From: Candidatus Saccharimonadota bacterium | GTDB lineage: Bacteria > Patescibacteriota > Saccharimonadia > Saccharimonadales > Saccharimonadaceae | Length of the DNA: 64,000 nucleotides | Assembly (NCBI GenBank): GCA_905372275.1 | Contig: CAJPON010000001.1 | Span: 23,569-87,568 of the forward strand | Reading direction: 5' to 3' | Position numbers and translations under genes: made by a program | Part shown: positions 29,705 to 40,701 of the stretch, in pieces | Numbering within the stretch: position 1 is the first letter of the stretch | Layout of the letters: every line of letters begins with the position of its first letter | Notes under the pieces: generated by a model | The model's database searches: none | Told to the model about the DNA's origin: nothing | What the model saw: the letters and a program-made list of their open reading frames with translations, nothing else

Positions 29705-32700
29705 TTATAACCGGCGCAGCTCCAAGTTGCTCTTGCTTTTCTTCGTGTTTCCTCTGCTTGACGACATCTTGCGCATATTTGGCATACGCGACGTCACGCT
29801 ACCGTGCGACAGGCTCGTACCTGAGTATTTCTTGATCAGTGAGTTTATATCGACCGCACCGGTGTTTTTAATGGTTTTCATAAAGCTGCTAATGTCAGCA
29901 CTGGTGATTCCATTTCGTCCCCTACCGCCGCGTCCGTTACCACTACCGGTCTGCGTTACGACTTCCTTGCCATCCCGCTCAATTTTCAGGGCTTTTAGCG
30001 CTTTGGCTTCATCTTTCGATAGATAGCCCTCTTTTTGCAATTGCGATATCACTGCGTTGCTCGCGGCAAGATATCCGTTCTTGTAGATACTCTTCTTACG
30101 ATGGTCGCGCAGAGTATTTAGCAAGGTATCATGGTCTTTCTCCTCAGCAAGCGGGCGATAGAAATTATCCATCTTCACGTCTGTACTGAATGAGGCAAGC
30201 GCGCCATACTTTATATCGCCCTCACTGTATCCAGACTCTTTGTAGTAGCGCTTCTTTACCCAGTCCGGCAGTTCTTTCAGTTTATCCTTATTTAAGAACA
30301 TGTTGATTGCGTTTGTGGCTTTTGATGATGAACTTGCTTTCTTTTTTGATTCAAGCATTTTATCTAAGGTTTCATCGCCGGTGGATTTCGATTTGGCGTC
30401 TTTCTTCGGATCGAATTCTGTACCTTCCTCTAATCCATAGCCGAGCAGATAGTTCTTATAGGCGCTATCTGATTCGCCTTGCGCCTTAGCGAGCTGCTTA
30501 TGTAGAGAGCGCTTGATTTCGCCGTCTTTGGTGAGAGCGACGCCATCGGATATCACTGTGTCGCCTTTTTTAATAGACTTCTTCAGCGACTTAACGTCTT
30601 TCTTACTTAACCCGTCAAGCGATAGCTCGCCTGCCTTGACGCCTTGCACAGTCGACGGTGCACCGGCAGCATTTGTCGGCGTTGCTGCTATCAGCCAGTT
30701 GTCCGTACCTTTATCCTTCTGCACTTCCCAGCGCGCGTTAGGACCAAACAGCAAGCTTTGCACATCGCCAAGTATATTGCCTCTGTCTATCTCAACGCCA
30801 ATATCACCATTTGCTTTCTGTGTATGACCGCGCATAAGTGCTGCGATAGCTTGCCCTGTTTTACGCGCTTGGCTTCCCATAGGCAGCTCTTTCACGACAT
30901 TCCACATAGCATTCTCCGAACGTCCGGCTCGTTCATCATCATCGTCCGCGCTCAGTGCTTTGCCGATAGATTCTCCTGTATTGAGAAGTGATTTTATCGG
31001 CGAGGCGAGTGCTACGCCGCCATCATATCGTCCGAGGCTACTGTCGGTGCCAAATATCTTCTTACGGTCTTCCTTAGACGGTAATATTACATTCATAGCA
31101 CCAGCAATCGTAGGTATACCCGACACCGTCTCTGCTCCGACTCGTTGCAACGCGCGCCCTAAACGAGCTTCAAGTGTTTTTTCGTCGTCATCACGATCAT
31201 CATCGCCCTGCCCAGCGAAGTCAAATGCAGTCTGCAGGAGCACGCCTAGTATATCGGAGCCTGGTTTATTTCCGGTGATTGCTTCATATAAGCTGTACAT
31301 CAGGGTTGTCGTAACGAGTGTTTTTATCTGCTGGCGCGGCGTCATCTGATTCCACCGATAGCGGTTTTGCTGCGCTACTTCGCGCGTAAACTGGAGTAAT
31401 GTCGACCATATCGTCCGATTGTATGCTCTTGGGGTTGATATACTGTCGCGGAATGTTACTGTATCGTTGATGAAACGCTCAGCGTATTTAACAGCTTCAT
31501 CATGGTTTAATCCATGCTGTTTACCTTGATTGTATTTTGCGGCAAATTCAAAGCGGATCGTGTTAGACTCTATGACGTCCATCAGCGCGCCGCCAACCTC
31601 CATTGCTTTGTCGAACTTGCCCTTTTTACTCAGCGTATCTTTAATATATCGCGACACCACTGCATCAGACGCTTCCATGATTTTCGGATCGCGCATTGTT
31701 TTGAACGCTTTCATCATTGACTTTGTATCGGTCGTACCAACCAAATCAGTTATGCTTAGGGTCTGTGCCATCGCAGAGTTCACGTTACCGACGATTTTCG
31801 ATAGTGCTGCCATCTTTTGCGCGCCGCGCAGTGTCTTGCGTCCGAGCTTGCTCATAGCATCTACATTTTCATTCTTCCAGGCGCGCTCAAAGGCATCGCT
31901 TTTGCCTGCTAGGCGGTTAGCATGCTCCTGTACAAAATTAACGAATTGCCCGAGCCCCTGTGCTGTTTTCGACAGGTCTTGGAGTGTTTCTACGTCATTT
32001 GCTGTTTCGACTAGGTCGTTTGATATACTGTCGGCGGCGTTCTTCAGCACGTTCAGGTCTTCGCTGGTTAGCTTATCGGTACCTTTCTTTGCGATATAGT
32101 TTAGTTTGCGCCTAAATTGCGTATAACCGTCTAACTCCTTACCGACCGCGCGCTGAAAACCATACAGCTTCTTCATCAGCGTTGTTGCATGCTCTTTGTC
32201 AAACCTGCCATTCTGAGCGTCTTGCGCTATGCTGTCTACTTGCGTTGCGAGTGATTCCATGCCTGCCGGACCGAGCTTTGCGAATTGTTCTTTTGCTTCG
32301 CTAAGGGCGCGCGCTGCCATTTCAAGCGACCGGTTCATTGTTACGGCGTCTGTCATGTGAATGTTATGGAGAGCGGTCTTGCTATATTCTCTCACTGGGT
32401 CGAACGGATTTTCTGGTTTCACATCTCCGAAACGTGCTTGCGCGAACTGATTAAATCGTTGGTTTGGCTTAAACGAGTCGGTTCGCCCCACTAAATGTGC
32501 CGGCAAATCACCGCGTCCGCTTGCAGTCGTGTCTCCCATAGCCGCACTCCGGACACCGTCTATGATAGATCGCGCGACGCCATCGGTTTGCATTTCGCTA
32601 ATATGGGTTATGTAATCCTTACGCTCCAGAATAGGCGGTTGTCCGATTTCCGCGCGCTTTTGGTTTTGGCGCAGCAGCAGGTTCTTATAAAGCGCACGCA

Positions 32701-35700
32701 TGAATGAACGATACTCATCAAGCGCTTCGGCGGCTTTATCACCGTACACTTCTCTAAACGACTCTAGGCGCGATTCATAGCTTGGCGCTTTCTCGCCGCG
32801 CGGCGGACGGGCTGGTTCAAGCACGTATACTGCTTCGCGCTGAGCTTGCTTTCGGACACGCTTTGGTAAAGTTTTGGTGAACTTCTTCTCAAACTTATTT
32901 ATTTCATTACCGATAACTTCCTGCTCTTTCAATGCTTCGCGCTGCATTTTACGCGGTAACTCCACCATGATTTTCATCAAGGCTTCTTTCGTCCTGTTTA
33001 TTCCACTCTTGAAGTAGTCAATTGAGTTAGATTTAATCTTTCCGCTGCGCAATGCGCCAGTGATACGGTCAATCATACCCTCGGTCGTCCAGGTCACGCC
33101 GCTGCCAAACTTCGTCTTCCGTATTGTTTTCCAATCGATATCTTTCTGGCTGAGACTATACTTCTTCCTACCAGCATAAAGAGTTACATCACCCTTAGGG
33201 CTAATTTCTACATAATTGCCGAGGATCTGCCCAGTACGTCCGTCTACAACCCTACCGGCATCGATATAATGGACATCAGGATCATACTCAACAAGCTTCT
33301 CTGCTGGTATACCTTCCTTTTTATCGCCCGTTGTCATCATATTATCGAATTCAGATACGAGCTGCGCATTCGTGCCGCGGTCATTCTCGCGCCAAATATA
33401 TTGCGCACCGATGCCTTCCTCATGAGCGCGCTTCGCTTCTTGGTTAAGTGCTGCATCATCGGCAAGGTCATCAATGAATTTACTGTGGACAGACTTGATT
33501 TTTACATCGCCAGTCGTATGCCATGCTCCATCTTTCGTACGATATTCATAGAATGAACCCCATGTACCGTCATCGTTCTTATATATCATCTGGCGGTAGT
33601 TCTCGTTTCGCAGTTCAGGGTTGCTTACATCAGCAGGAATAGCATGTTCTACGCCAGGTTTCAGGCTTTTTTGCAGAGCTTTATCCGGCACAAGTTCGCT
33701 AATCGGGCGCATCTTGCCGTTTGCGTCCATTACGGTTGGCACTTCGTTTGAATGGCGGAATGCGCGGTCTCCGGTGATATCAAGCTTCTGCTCGGCGGCA
33801 ATACGCTCCATTGCCTTTGTTACATCAGACTCTTTCAGTCCCGTCGCGCGAGAGACATTCTCACGCACATCTTTCAGTAGGTGGCGTGAGCCCTCTTCGT
33901 AGGCACGGCGAATAAGCTCATCTGCTTGGCGTATACGTTCATTGTGTTGGCGCTGCTTATCAAGCTTCTGTTGATCTGCTTCAGAAAGCTGTCGCCCCTC
34001 ATACTCCTGCACCGCCCGCTGTTCAGCCTCAGCCGCAGCCTGGTTATCGCGTGCACTAGCCTCAGGTTCTTGTTGCTCTTGCTGTTGTCTACTCAGTTCT
34101 CTGCTGCTCTGCTTCATTTCCTGGATTGTATTGTTGTTTTTAGCTTCCCATGCTTCCTGGCGGCGTTCGAGTTCTTCATCTCCTACTTCGTTTGAGGCGT
34201 GGTCGTATACGTCGTTTTGCGCTACTGCTATTGCCTGCTGGCGGATGTTCTCATTAGCGTATAACCCACGGATTTGCTCTTCCATTGCTCGTATCTGCTT
34301 ATGCAGTTCGATCGGCTTCATGATAATGTCCGTGAACTCTTCTACCCTGCCATCGTAGCCGGCTTCTGCTGCGAGGATATCAAGTGGGAGGGCGTCTTTG
34401 CGGACGTATGCGAGCGGTACGATTTCGCGCCAAGTCTTGCCATAGAGGTGTTCGGCATCTTGCGGGCGTATCTTTACGTTATGGTAGTTCTCTAATATAC
34501 CATCAAGCACTTCCTTGGTGGTGTTGTATATTTCAAAGAGCTCAGGGTCTGACTGATACGCAACGGTTTCCAGTGCGGCGTTATAGTCTGCTTTCGTAGC
34601 AGATAATCCATACGGAGCAAGGTCGGCATTGACGCTATCTAACTCTGCACGTGAGACACGCGGGGTTTTGAGGCGGTAGCGGGAGTCTGTATCTGTGTTG
34701 CGGTTGACATTTTGAGGGAAGTTTGATATACTACGGTTAGACAGCTCCCCGCGAAATGGTCTATTCAGACCGTTTTGGGAGCTTTCTTTTATGCCATTGA
34801 TTGTATACAACAGCTTGCCGTTCTTGCCGGTACCTATGTTAATACGTACATCGTAGTATGAGTCGCCAACTTTTACAGTTGCAGTCCTATATTCAAAGCC
34901 TTGTTTGGCAAATGAATGAGCTTTCTTGTCTCGTGCACTGCCAATTCGCTTTGATACTTTCAATATATCAGGTAAATCTCCAACGAGCTGACCTCGCATC
35001 GCTAAGTCGCGATCAGGGTCGACAAATTTACGAGTTGTCTTGCTATTGACACGAGCTTCCCCATCCGCCCCATAGTTAAGGTCGTATGATTTGCCCTGCA
35101 AGTTGTCTTGTAGATACTTACGGATGACTTTGGCGTGCTGACTCTTCGGAACGCCATTAAGAATGTTGTTGTCGATTTCCACTACCCCAGTATCCGGATC
35201 TATCCGGTATGCTTTAGACTCCTGGCGCATGAGTCCTCGTATCTCCTCATTCACCTGTGCGATTTGCTGGCTGATGGCTCGGCGGGTTTGTGGGTCGAGC
35301 GTATTGTCCCAGGCATGCTGGAGGTTGGTGCGATGGTCTTGTAGTTGGAGCTGTTCGGGGGTAGCACCGTCTCGGATAGACTTATCAATGACCTGTTCAT
35401 CGGCGTACTTGCCGCTGTAGAGGTCATTGTAGAATTGTTGATATTCCGGTGTAATAGTACCCTGGTGGGTTGCTTGGGCGACGATATGCTGTATACGGCG
35501 TAGTACCTTTTCAAAGACTGCTTTGATTTGGTCGACGATACGCGGCTTAGCGAACTTCTCGTTGTTGCGTGCGGCGACGTATTGAATGAAGTCCTCTGCT
35601 ACAAGTTCTTCAACTTGCGTTTCTGTCATGGAAGGATCTACCCGGTTGTCTGCAGCATAGCTCATCATGATATCGGTACGCTCTTGGCTTGTCATGAAGT

Positions 35701-37753
35701 CGTTGAGGGCTTTATGGACCGCTTCGTGGAAATACGTAGCTTCTACGTTGCCTTGATCGCGGGCAATACGGATTTTACTTGGACCGTTCGGGGTATCGAT
35801 TGTTTCGCCCATTGCTGGTTCGCCGGTACTGGTACGGAGGTTATCGGCAAACTCTACGTTTGGCGCATCCATACCAAAGAGTTGGTTATTTGCGCGCTGT
35901 ACGGCAAGCATATCGGCACGACTTGCAGTACCGGGGGCTGTACCAGCGCGGTATGCGGCTTCAAGGGCAGGAGTCATACGCAGGTCTTGGCTGCCGGTAT
36001 CTAGGCTAGTTGGCTGGATTGATTGCACTACTGGAGCATCTTGAGCAAACTGCGCCTGCTGGTTGTAGACGGGGCTTACGTTATTCTGATAGCCTTGGGT
36101 TGTGTTCTGTACGCCGGCTTGGACTGGTTGTGCTTGGGGCTGTTCGACGCCTTGTATGCTTTGTGGAGCAGATTGCGCAGTGGCTTGGTTTTGGTTGATT
36201 GTAGCAGGGGTATTCTCTGTGGTATTTGTTGTTAAGCCATACTTTGCTGGAATACTGCTGTTTAGAGCGGTTTCCACTTTCTCAGCCACGCTTAAGAACT
36301 TCGTACGCGGTGTCACGACGCCATTTTCTATAGCCGCGCGCGTCTCATAGCGGTTGCGTGGTTCAATAGATGTTACGTCCGGCAGATCCGGGTCGCGTTC
36401 GGTTACGCGCGATTCTACGCGTTCTGGGGCGGTATTGCGCGCGGTATCAGGGTTTATACTTGCCGCCTGTCCTACTGCTTGGTCTTGATTGAGCGCTGGG
36501 TTAGCTGCGGTATTAGCGAGTGTTTGGTCTTGGTTGGTGTTTGGGTTAAGAGCTTGGTTTACGTTACCGCTGTTCCTATTCTGCGCATGCTGGTTGATTA
36601 CATTTGACATGGCGCTTCTTCCATGCTGGATACCTTTACCAGCGCCATGCATCATACCACCGCCGAGTGCACCGAGCGCGCCGGCTTCAAGATAATTTTT
36701 GAAATCAGTATTACGTTTGCCATCATCAGCCATGTCGTCTGCATACGCCTGGACAAACTCTTCAAGCCCCTCTTCGCCGGCTTTCTTTAAGCCTTCTTTG
36801 GCTGCGTTGGCCACGATGGTTTTGAGACCTTGCTTACCGACTTGTGTGGCAGCTCCTTTAGCACCGAGCCCGATAGCTTTCAATAACGTGCCTGAACCAC
36901 CTAATGGCAGTCCTCCGATATTAACGCCCGCGTTAAGCAGCTCGCCGCCTTTTTGCGTGTCACTAAGCGTGCTTACCGTCCTATCATCATTGACTCTTTT
37001 ACCGGATGTTGCACGCGAGATTTGTAGTGGCGTATCGAGAAGACTTTGAGCAATACCGCTCGGCAGTTTTGCAGCAAATCGTCCATAGTCTCCGAGGTCA
37101 TTCCACTGAAAGCCCTCCTCCTTATCACTGCTGTCTACCCACTTGTTATAACTGTCTAAAGCATCAGAGACTGGTTTTTGGACTTTCTTATAAAGGCGCT
37201 GAAAGTTTTGCTGGTTCTCACTACCAAATAAGCCCTTTTCGTGGAATGGGTTGAGGTATGGGTCGAGCGCGCTGGTTGTCTTTTCACCAGGCATGGTTCT
37301 CTTCAAATAATCCTGCGACACCTTGTCGCCTTGATTTGCCATGTCGGTGAGCATGAGGGTTTTGTTTGCGCCTGTACCCTTTACATAGTCGTCGACGTTG
37401 ATTTTCTGGTCGCCGTTATAGAAATCAAATCCTTTGTCTGCGCGCTGAACCTTGCGGTAGCCGATGTTTGCCGGCTGGTTTGGTTGCTGTGTCGGCTGTG
37501 TGGTTGGCAATACGCTCTTATTCGTATCAGCAGCATTCATTGATACGTTAGGGGTTTGCAGTTTTGGCGTCTCAGGCTGTTGCTGCGGCTTTGGGACTGC
37601 ACTCCACGCGCCTGCGCCAGTGTTGGTCGGAGTGGGCGATAGGTTGATTTGCGGGGTTTGGTTTTGTTGGTTAGAGACAGGTGCCGGTTTTTTCTCTTCT
37701 TCTTTTTTCTTGCCGAATAGATTGTTGAAGATATTGCCAATCCAATCAAACAT
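29705..37753 (-). CDS. giant internal-virion / ejection protein, polyvalent-type (2682 aa)
   Basis: Size and position typical of podovirus ejection proteins; HEAVH zincin motif; Q/P-rich linkers. Confidence 0.65.
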   Translation of the reverse strand: MFDWIGNIFNNLFGKKKEEEKKPAPVSNQQNQTPQINLSPTPTNTGAGAWSAVPKPQQQPETPKLQTPNVSMNAADTNKSVLPTTQPTQQPNQPANIGYRKVQRADKGFDFYNGDQKINVDDYVKGTGANKTLMLTDMANQGDKVSQDYLKRTMPGEKTTSALDPYLNPFHEKGLFGSENQQNFQRLYKKVQKPVSDALDSYNKWVDSSDKEEGFQWNDLGDYGRFAAKLPSGIAQSLLDTPLQISRATSGKRVNDDRTVSTLSDTQKGGELLNAGVNIGGLPLGGSGTLLKAIGLGAKGAATQVGKQGLKTIVANAAKEGLKKAGEEGLEEFVQAYADDMADDGKRNTDFKNYLEAGALGALGGGMMHGAGKGIQHGRSAMSNVINQHAQNRNSGNVNQALNPNTNQDQTLANTAANPALNQDQAVGQAASINPDTARNTAPERVESRVTERDPDLPDVTSIEPRNRYETRAAIENGVVTPRTKFLSVAEKVETALNSSIPAKYGLTTNTTENTPATINQNQATAQSAPQSIQGVEQPQAQPVQAGVQNTTQGYQNNVSPVYNQQAQFAQDAPVVQSIQPTSLDTGSQDLRMTPALEAAYRAGTAPGTASRADMLAVQRANNQLFGMDAPNVEFADNLRTSTGEPAMGETIDTPNGPSKIRIARDQGNVEATYFHEAVHKALNDFMTSQERTDIMMSYAADNRVDPSMTETQVEELVAEDFIQYVAARNNEKFAKPRIVDQIKAVFEKVLRRIQHIVAQATHQGTITPEYQQFYNDLYSGKYADEQVIDKSIRDGATPEQLQLQDHRTNLQHAWDNTLDPQTRRAISQQIAQVNEEIRGLMRQESKAYRIDPDTGVVEIDNNILNGVPKSQHAKVIRKYLQDNLQGKSYDLNYGADGEARVNSKTTRKFVDPDRDLAMRGQLVGDLPDILKVSKRIGSARDKKAHSFAKQGFEYRTATVKVGDSYYDVRINIGTGKNGKLLYTINGIKESSQNGLNRPFRGELSNRSISNFPQNVNRNTDTDSRYRLKTPRVSRAELDSVNADLAPYGLSATKADYNAALETVAYQSDPELFEIYNTTKEVLDGILENYHNVKIRPQDAEHLYGKTWREIVPLAYVRKDALPLDILAAEAGYDGRVEEFTDIIMKPIELHKQIRAMEEQIRGLYANENIRQQAIAVAQNDVYDHASNEVGDEELERRQEAWEAKNNNTIQEMKQSSRELSRQQQEQQEPEASARDNQAAAEAEQRAVQEYEGRQLSEADQQKLDKQRQHNERIRQADELIRRAYEEGSRHLLKDVRENVSRATGLKESDVTKAMERIAAEQKLDITGDRAFRHSNEVPTVMDANGKMRPISELVPDKALQKSLKPGVEHAIPADVSNPELRNENYRQMIYKNDDGTWGSFYEYRTKDGAWHTTGDVKIKSVHSKFIDDLADDAALNQEAKRAHEEGIGAQYIWRENDRGTNAQLVSEFDNMMTTGDKKEGIPAEKLVEYDPDVHYIDAGRVVDGRTGQILGNYVEISPKGDVTLYAGRKKYSLSQKDIDWKTIRKTKFGSGVTWTTEGMIDRITGALRSGKIKSNSIDYFKSGINRTKEALMKIMVELPRKMQREALKEQEVIGNEINKFEKKFTKTLPKRVRKQAQREAVYVLEPARPPRGEKAPSYESRLESFREVYGDKAAEALDEYRSFMRALYKNLLLRQNQKRAEIGQPPILERKDYITHISEMQTDGVARSIIDGVRSAAMGDTTASGRGDLPAHLVGRTDSFKPNQRFNQFAQARFGDVKPENPFDPVREYSKTALHNIHMTDAVTMNRSLEMAARALSEAKEQFAKLGPAGMESLATQVDSIAQDAQNGRFDKEHATTLMKKLYGFQRAVGKELDGYTQFRRKLNYIAKKGTDKLTSEDLNVLKNAADSISNDLVETANDVETLQDLSKTAQGLGQFVNFVQEHANRLAGKSDAFERAWKNENVDAMSKLGRKTLRGAQKMAALSKIVGNVNSAMAQTLSITDLVGTTDTKSMMKAFKTMRDPKIMEASDAVVSRYIKDTLSKKGKFDKAMEVGGALMDVIESNTIRFEFAAKYNQGKQHGLNHDEAVKYAERFINDTVTFRDSISTPRAYNRTIWSTLLQFTREVAQQNRYRWNQMTPRQQIKTLVTTTLMYSLYEAITGNKPGSDILGVLLQTAFDFAGQGDDDRDDDEKTLEARLGRALQRVGAETVSGIPTIAGAMNVILPSKEDRKKIFGTDSSLGRYDGGVALASPIKSLLNTGESIGKALSADDDDERAGRSENAMWNVVKELPMGSQARKTGQAIAALMRGHTQKANGDIGVEIDRGNILGDVQSLLFGPNARWEVQKDKGTDNWLIAATPTNAAGAPSTVQGVKAGELSLDGLSKKDVKSLKKSIKKGDTVISDGVALTKDGEIKRSLHKQLAKAQGESDSAYKNYLLGYGLEEGTEFDPKKDAKSKSTGDETLDKMLESKKKASSSSKATNAINMFLNKDKLKELPDWVKKRYYKESGYSEGDIKYGALASFSTDVKMDNFYRPLAEEKDHDTLLNTLRDHRKKSIYKNGYLAASNAVISQLQKEGYLSKDEAKALKALKIERDGKEVVTQTGSGNGRGGRGRNGITSADISSFMKTIKNTGAVDINSLIKKYSGTSLSHGSVTSRMPNMRKMSSSRGNTKKSKSNLELRRL

Positions 37754-37783
37754 ATCGTCCGCTCCTTTCCTTGTTGCCTGGTG

Positions 37784-38875
37784 CTAGACCAGTTGTTTCT
37801 TACGTTTGTCTTCTTCTTTCATGCGCGCCAAATAATCGCCGCTCGTGTCGGTGTCGTAACCGGTGCCGTTTGGATCATCCACGGTGATACCGTTTAGGTC
37901 GTTCGCGTAGTTTGTGAGCTTCGGGTCGCTTACTTTCACGTCGCGTACATTCACTGGATTGCGGTAGTTATCTAGCAAGCTTGCTAGGGCGCGGTCTATA
38001 GCGTCTTTTTGGGCGATATCGCCAGCCATAGCGCCTTGTACTTGCCGCCAGCCGCCGCCGGCCGTCTGAGCACGTTTACCGAGCAATTCTGCGCGGCTTG
38101 AGTGGTATGCCGACTCCTTGCTCTTGATATCGTTGTCTAGGGCAGCTTCCTTATTACGCTTCTGCTCCTGCAGGTCTTGCACGTTGTTGTTGTAGCTTTC
38201 CTTAGTCTCGTCTTCAGCAGTCTTCAGGTCGCGCATATTGGTACTGTAGGTGTCGGCTACTTTACCGCGGGATTTGCTTGCGTCTTGAGCTACGGCGTAT
38301 GGTACAACGTTTGCACTTGCGCTTGAGCGTCCTGCGCCGGCGCGCCCAAGCAGGTTCTGTAAGGCGCGGTATTTATTTGCACTGTTGATATCAATATCTT
38401 CGGTGCTGTGCTGGAAGTCTCTTGTTGTGTCTGAACGTTTGGTAGCATAACGGCTTAGGGCGCGTGATTGCTGCTGGTTGAGCCTATCCATGCCCTTGTT
38501 GTATGCATCGTTGATTTGGTTTTGAGCTGCATTACGGGTTGCACCCAGGTTGTTCAGTGAATTATCGATAGCGCCAATTTGCTGGTCTATCATGCCGAGG
38601 GTGATGTCACGGTCTCTGTTGGATTGGTAGTCACCTCCTCCGCCGCGATAGACGGTGTCAGTGTTGCCTTGGGGCTGAGTTTGAGATTGATTGTTGTTTT
38701 GATTATTAAGATGTTGCGATATCGCCTTGTCATCGTCTGCGCGGATTCTATCTATCTGTTCCTGCCGCTTCCATAGCGGCGTTTGACCTGTAAGTCCAGC
38801 AGCAACACTATCAACCCAGTCCTTAAATAAATTTTGGTTTGAGCCGGGACGCACATGATTCCATTCCCATGCCAT
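37784..38875 (-). CDS. putative internal virion protein (helical, Q/N/A-rich)
   Basis: 363 aa coiled-coil-like; GGAGG SD; precedes giant protein. Confidence 0.55.
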   Translation of the reverse strand: MAWEWNHVRPGSNQNLFKDWVDSVAAGLTGQTPLWKRQEQIDRIRADDDKAISQHLNNQNNNQSQTQPQGNTDTVYRGGGGDYQSNRDRDITLGMIDQQIGAIDNSLNNLGATRNAAQNQINDAYNKGMDRLNQQQSRALSRYATKRSDTTRDFQHSTEDIDINSANKYRALQNLLGRAGAGRSSASANVVPYAVAQDASKSRGKVADTYSTNMRDLKTAEDETKESYNNNVQDLQEQKRNKEAALDNDIKSKESAYHSSRAELLGKRAQTAGGGWRQVQGAMAGDIAQKDAIDRALASLLDNYRNPVNVRDVKVSDPKLTNYANDLNGITVDDPNGTGYDTDTSGDYLARMKEEDKRKKQLV

Positions 38876-38899
38876 AATAAAAATCCTCCCTTTGGACTT

Positions 38900-38921
38900 G
38901 TAGAGAGGATGTAGTGAGTGG
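38900..38921. repeat. 22-bp inverted repeat (partner 40702-40723)
   Basis: gtagagaggatgtagtgagtgg vs ccactcactacatcctctctac. Confidence 0.9.
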
Positions 38922-38927
38922 ACTATT

Positions 38928-40184
38928 CTATTGCTCTATTTGGCAGAAGTGCTGAACTGAGTAATACCCATCGGAAGCTGCATATGTCCCTTGCTTAACA
39001 TATACACCTGTGAGCAAATATTTTCCGTTTAACATACCGTCATAGTGAGGTTTAGATTCCTTCCACGAATTTACCACCATTCGAGATGTTACTTTCTCGC
39101 CAGGGAAGAACTGTATATTTTCTCCGCCATATTTGCAAAGATCGCCCGTCCGCTTGAATACAAGCTCCGTCCCAGGAACTCCCTCTGGGTTATCGTGCTT
39201 TAGATAGCTACGTACTGCCATATCCTCCGCCTTTTCCCTAGCGCTTGCTACGAGGCGTTCGTCTACGGCGAGAGGTGATACACCCTTGCTTTGCCGTTCC
39301 TGGTTCACGAGTTCTAGGATTTCGGTTGCGTCTGGTGGACCTTCGTCGTACTTATCGCGAGGCGTATGCGTTGCACTGTTACTAGCATTAGCCGCGTCCG
39401 TTCTCAGGTGCGCTTGATCAAACATAGCTGAAACACCGACGATGGCTGCAAGTACGAGTATGCCAAACCCTAATACGCAGAGTAAGTGACCAGCTGCACG
39501 CAACCGCTTACCAGCTTTTGCAGTGAATATCTCCACGATTGCCGATATACCAGATGCCAAAGCAAATACGAATGCAAAGATGAAATACACGCCTTGCATG
39601 TTTGCATCTGGCTCTTTACCCTGGGAATACGCCATTACAGCAGCTGTCGTCGCAGCAAGCATACTGAGGGCGTACAATACAGCAAAGATACTAGACAATC
39701 GCTTGCGTAGGAGCTTTCTCAGGAGAGTTGGTGGTTGATCATCTTCGATGTCGGCAACCTGAACGTCGTCATTATTGTCTGTCTCCTCATAGAACGGTTC
39801 ATAATGTTTCAAGGCTGCCGCCGCTTTGATGTATCGAACCATGCACAGTATGCCGATGATGCTAGGCGCTAGTATGATTGAGCTTATCATGCCTACGACA
39901 GCAGATAGCTTGACTATATTCTTACCGTTGAGGCTACGCACACCGAGCGATGGTAGATATACAAACAAGAATAGCAAGAATGCTATCAATAGTGCACCCA
40001 CCGTTGTATCAGCAGGGTTAGCCCCACTGGATTGTGCCTCACAAACTTTGATTCCGAGAGCAACTAGCCCAAGAATAAACAAGCCTAACCCAAAACGCCC
40101 CGCTGCTATTAGCTTGCGCGCTGCATCGCGTTGTTCCTGGTTAGAGTAACGCTCGTTAACTTGCGAATATGTGATTACAGCCAT
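38928..40184 (-). CDS. multi-TM protein with C-terminal CAP/SCP domain (moron)
   Basis: LVNQER..G..PL..D..L...A...A.DM, GENI, W..S..H...ML; start at MAVITY overlaps upstream stop. Confidence 0.8.
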   Translation of the reverse strand: MAVITYSQVNERYSNQEQRDAARKLIAAGRFGLGLFILGLVALGIKVCEAQSSGANPADTTVGALLIAFLLFLFVYLPSLGVRSLNGKNIVKLSAVVGMISSIILAPSIIGILCMVRYIKAAAALKHYEPFYEETDNNDDVQVADIEDDQPPTLLRKLLRKRLSSIFAVLYALSMLAATTAAVMAYSQGKEPDANMQGVYFIFAFVFALASGISAIVEIFTAKAGKRLRAAGHLLCVLGFGILVLAAIVGVSAMFDQAHLRTDAANASNSATHTPRDKYDEGPPDATEILELVNQERQSKGVSPLAVDERLVASAREKAEDMAVRSYLKHDNPEGVPGTELVFKRTGDLCKYGGENIQFFPGEKVTSRMVVNSWKESKPHYDGMLNGKYLLTGVYVKQGTYAASDGYYSVQHFCQIEQ

Positions 40185-40630
40185 TCCGCTACTCCTCCAT
40201 GATGCGAGCATGTCCCACGTCCGGTTGAGTACGAACGCCAACCGTCGCGACAAATTGCTCCGCCTCGTTCGTCCTGCTCGTAGGTGTTTTGCACCTGCGG
40301 GAGCTGCTGAACGGTTGGCTGCGGAGTAGGCTTAGCGGTATAGGTTATCTCCTCCAGCACCGGCTCGCGTAAAGTCGTGAACTGAGGGTCGTAGCCTTTC
40401 TTGCTTGCACGGCAAATCCTCTTTTCACCATTGACACCTTGCCTCGTAACGGCTTCAGTGTACCCGTATGGAGATTGCTTTGCCTCTTCGTTTTTATAAA
40501 CGTTACCATACCCGATTGCTTCGTTAAAACAATCGGTGTATGTCACCGGCTTTAATCCTTCAATGATATTGCCGCCAACGAACCAAGCGCATACTATAGC
40601 AAGTATGCCAACTACCACCTTATTTTTCAT
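40175..40630 (-). CDS. membrane-anchored G5-like plus DUF3761-like protein (moron)
   Basis: N-terminal TM, QGVNG.K...EPV.E, AICRDG..SYS..RGTCSHHGGV. Confidence 0.75.
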   Translation of the reverse strand: MKNKVVVGILAIVCAWFVGGNIIEGLKPVTYTDCFNEAIGYGNVYKNEEAKQSPYGYTEAVTRQGVNGEKRICRASKKGYDPQFTTLREPVLEEITYTAKPTPQPTVQQLPQVQNTYEQDERGGAICRDGWRSYSTGRGTCSHHGGVAEWL

Positions 40631-40636
40631 GCTTAT

Positions 40637-40665
40637 ATGCTAGCATAATAGAGGTGATTTGTCAA
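40637..40665 (-). promoter_or_regulatory. moron promoter (leaderless mRNA)
   Basis: TTGACA-17 nt-TAGCAT with TG extension, 6 nt before ATG. Confidence 0.7.
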
Positions 40666-40701
40666 TCAAAAGCACATTCATGATGTATTCGTAGGTTTAC
40701 C

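Noticed and set aside
29727..37787. Numerous plus-strand ORFs opposite the giant gene and other phage genes
   Set aside because: Antisense shadow ORFs with no start signals or motifs
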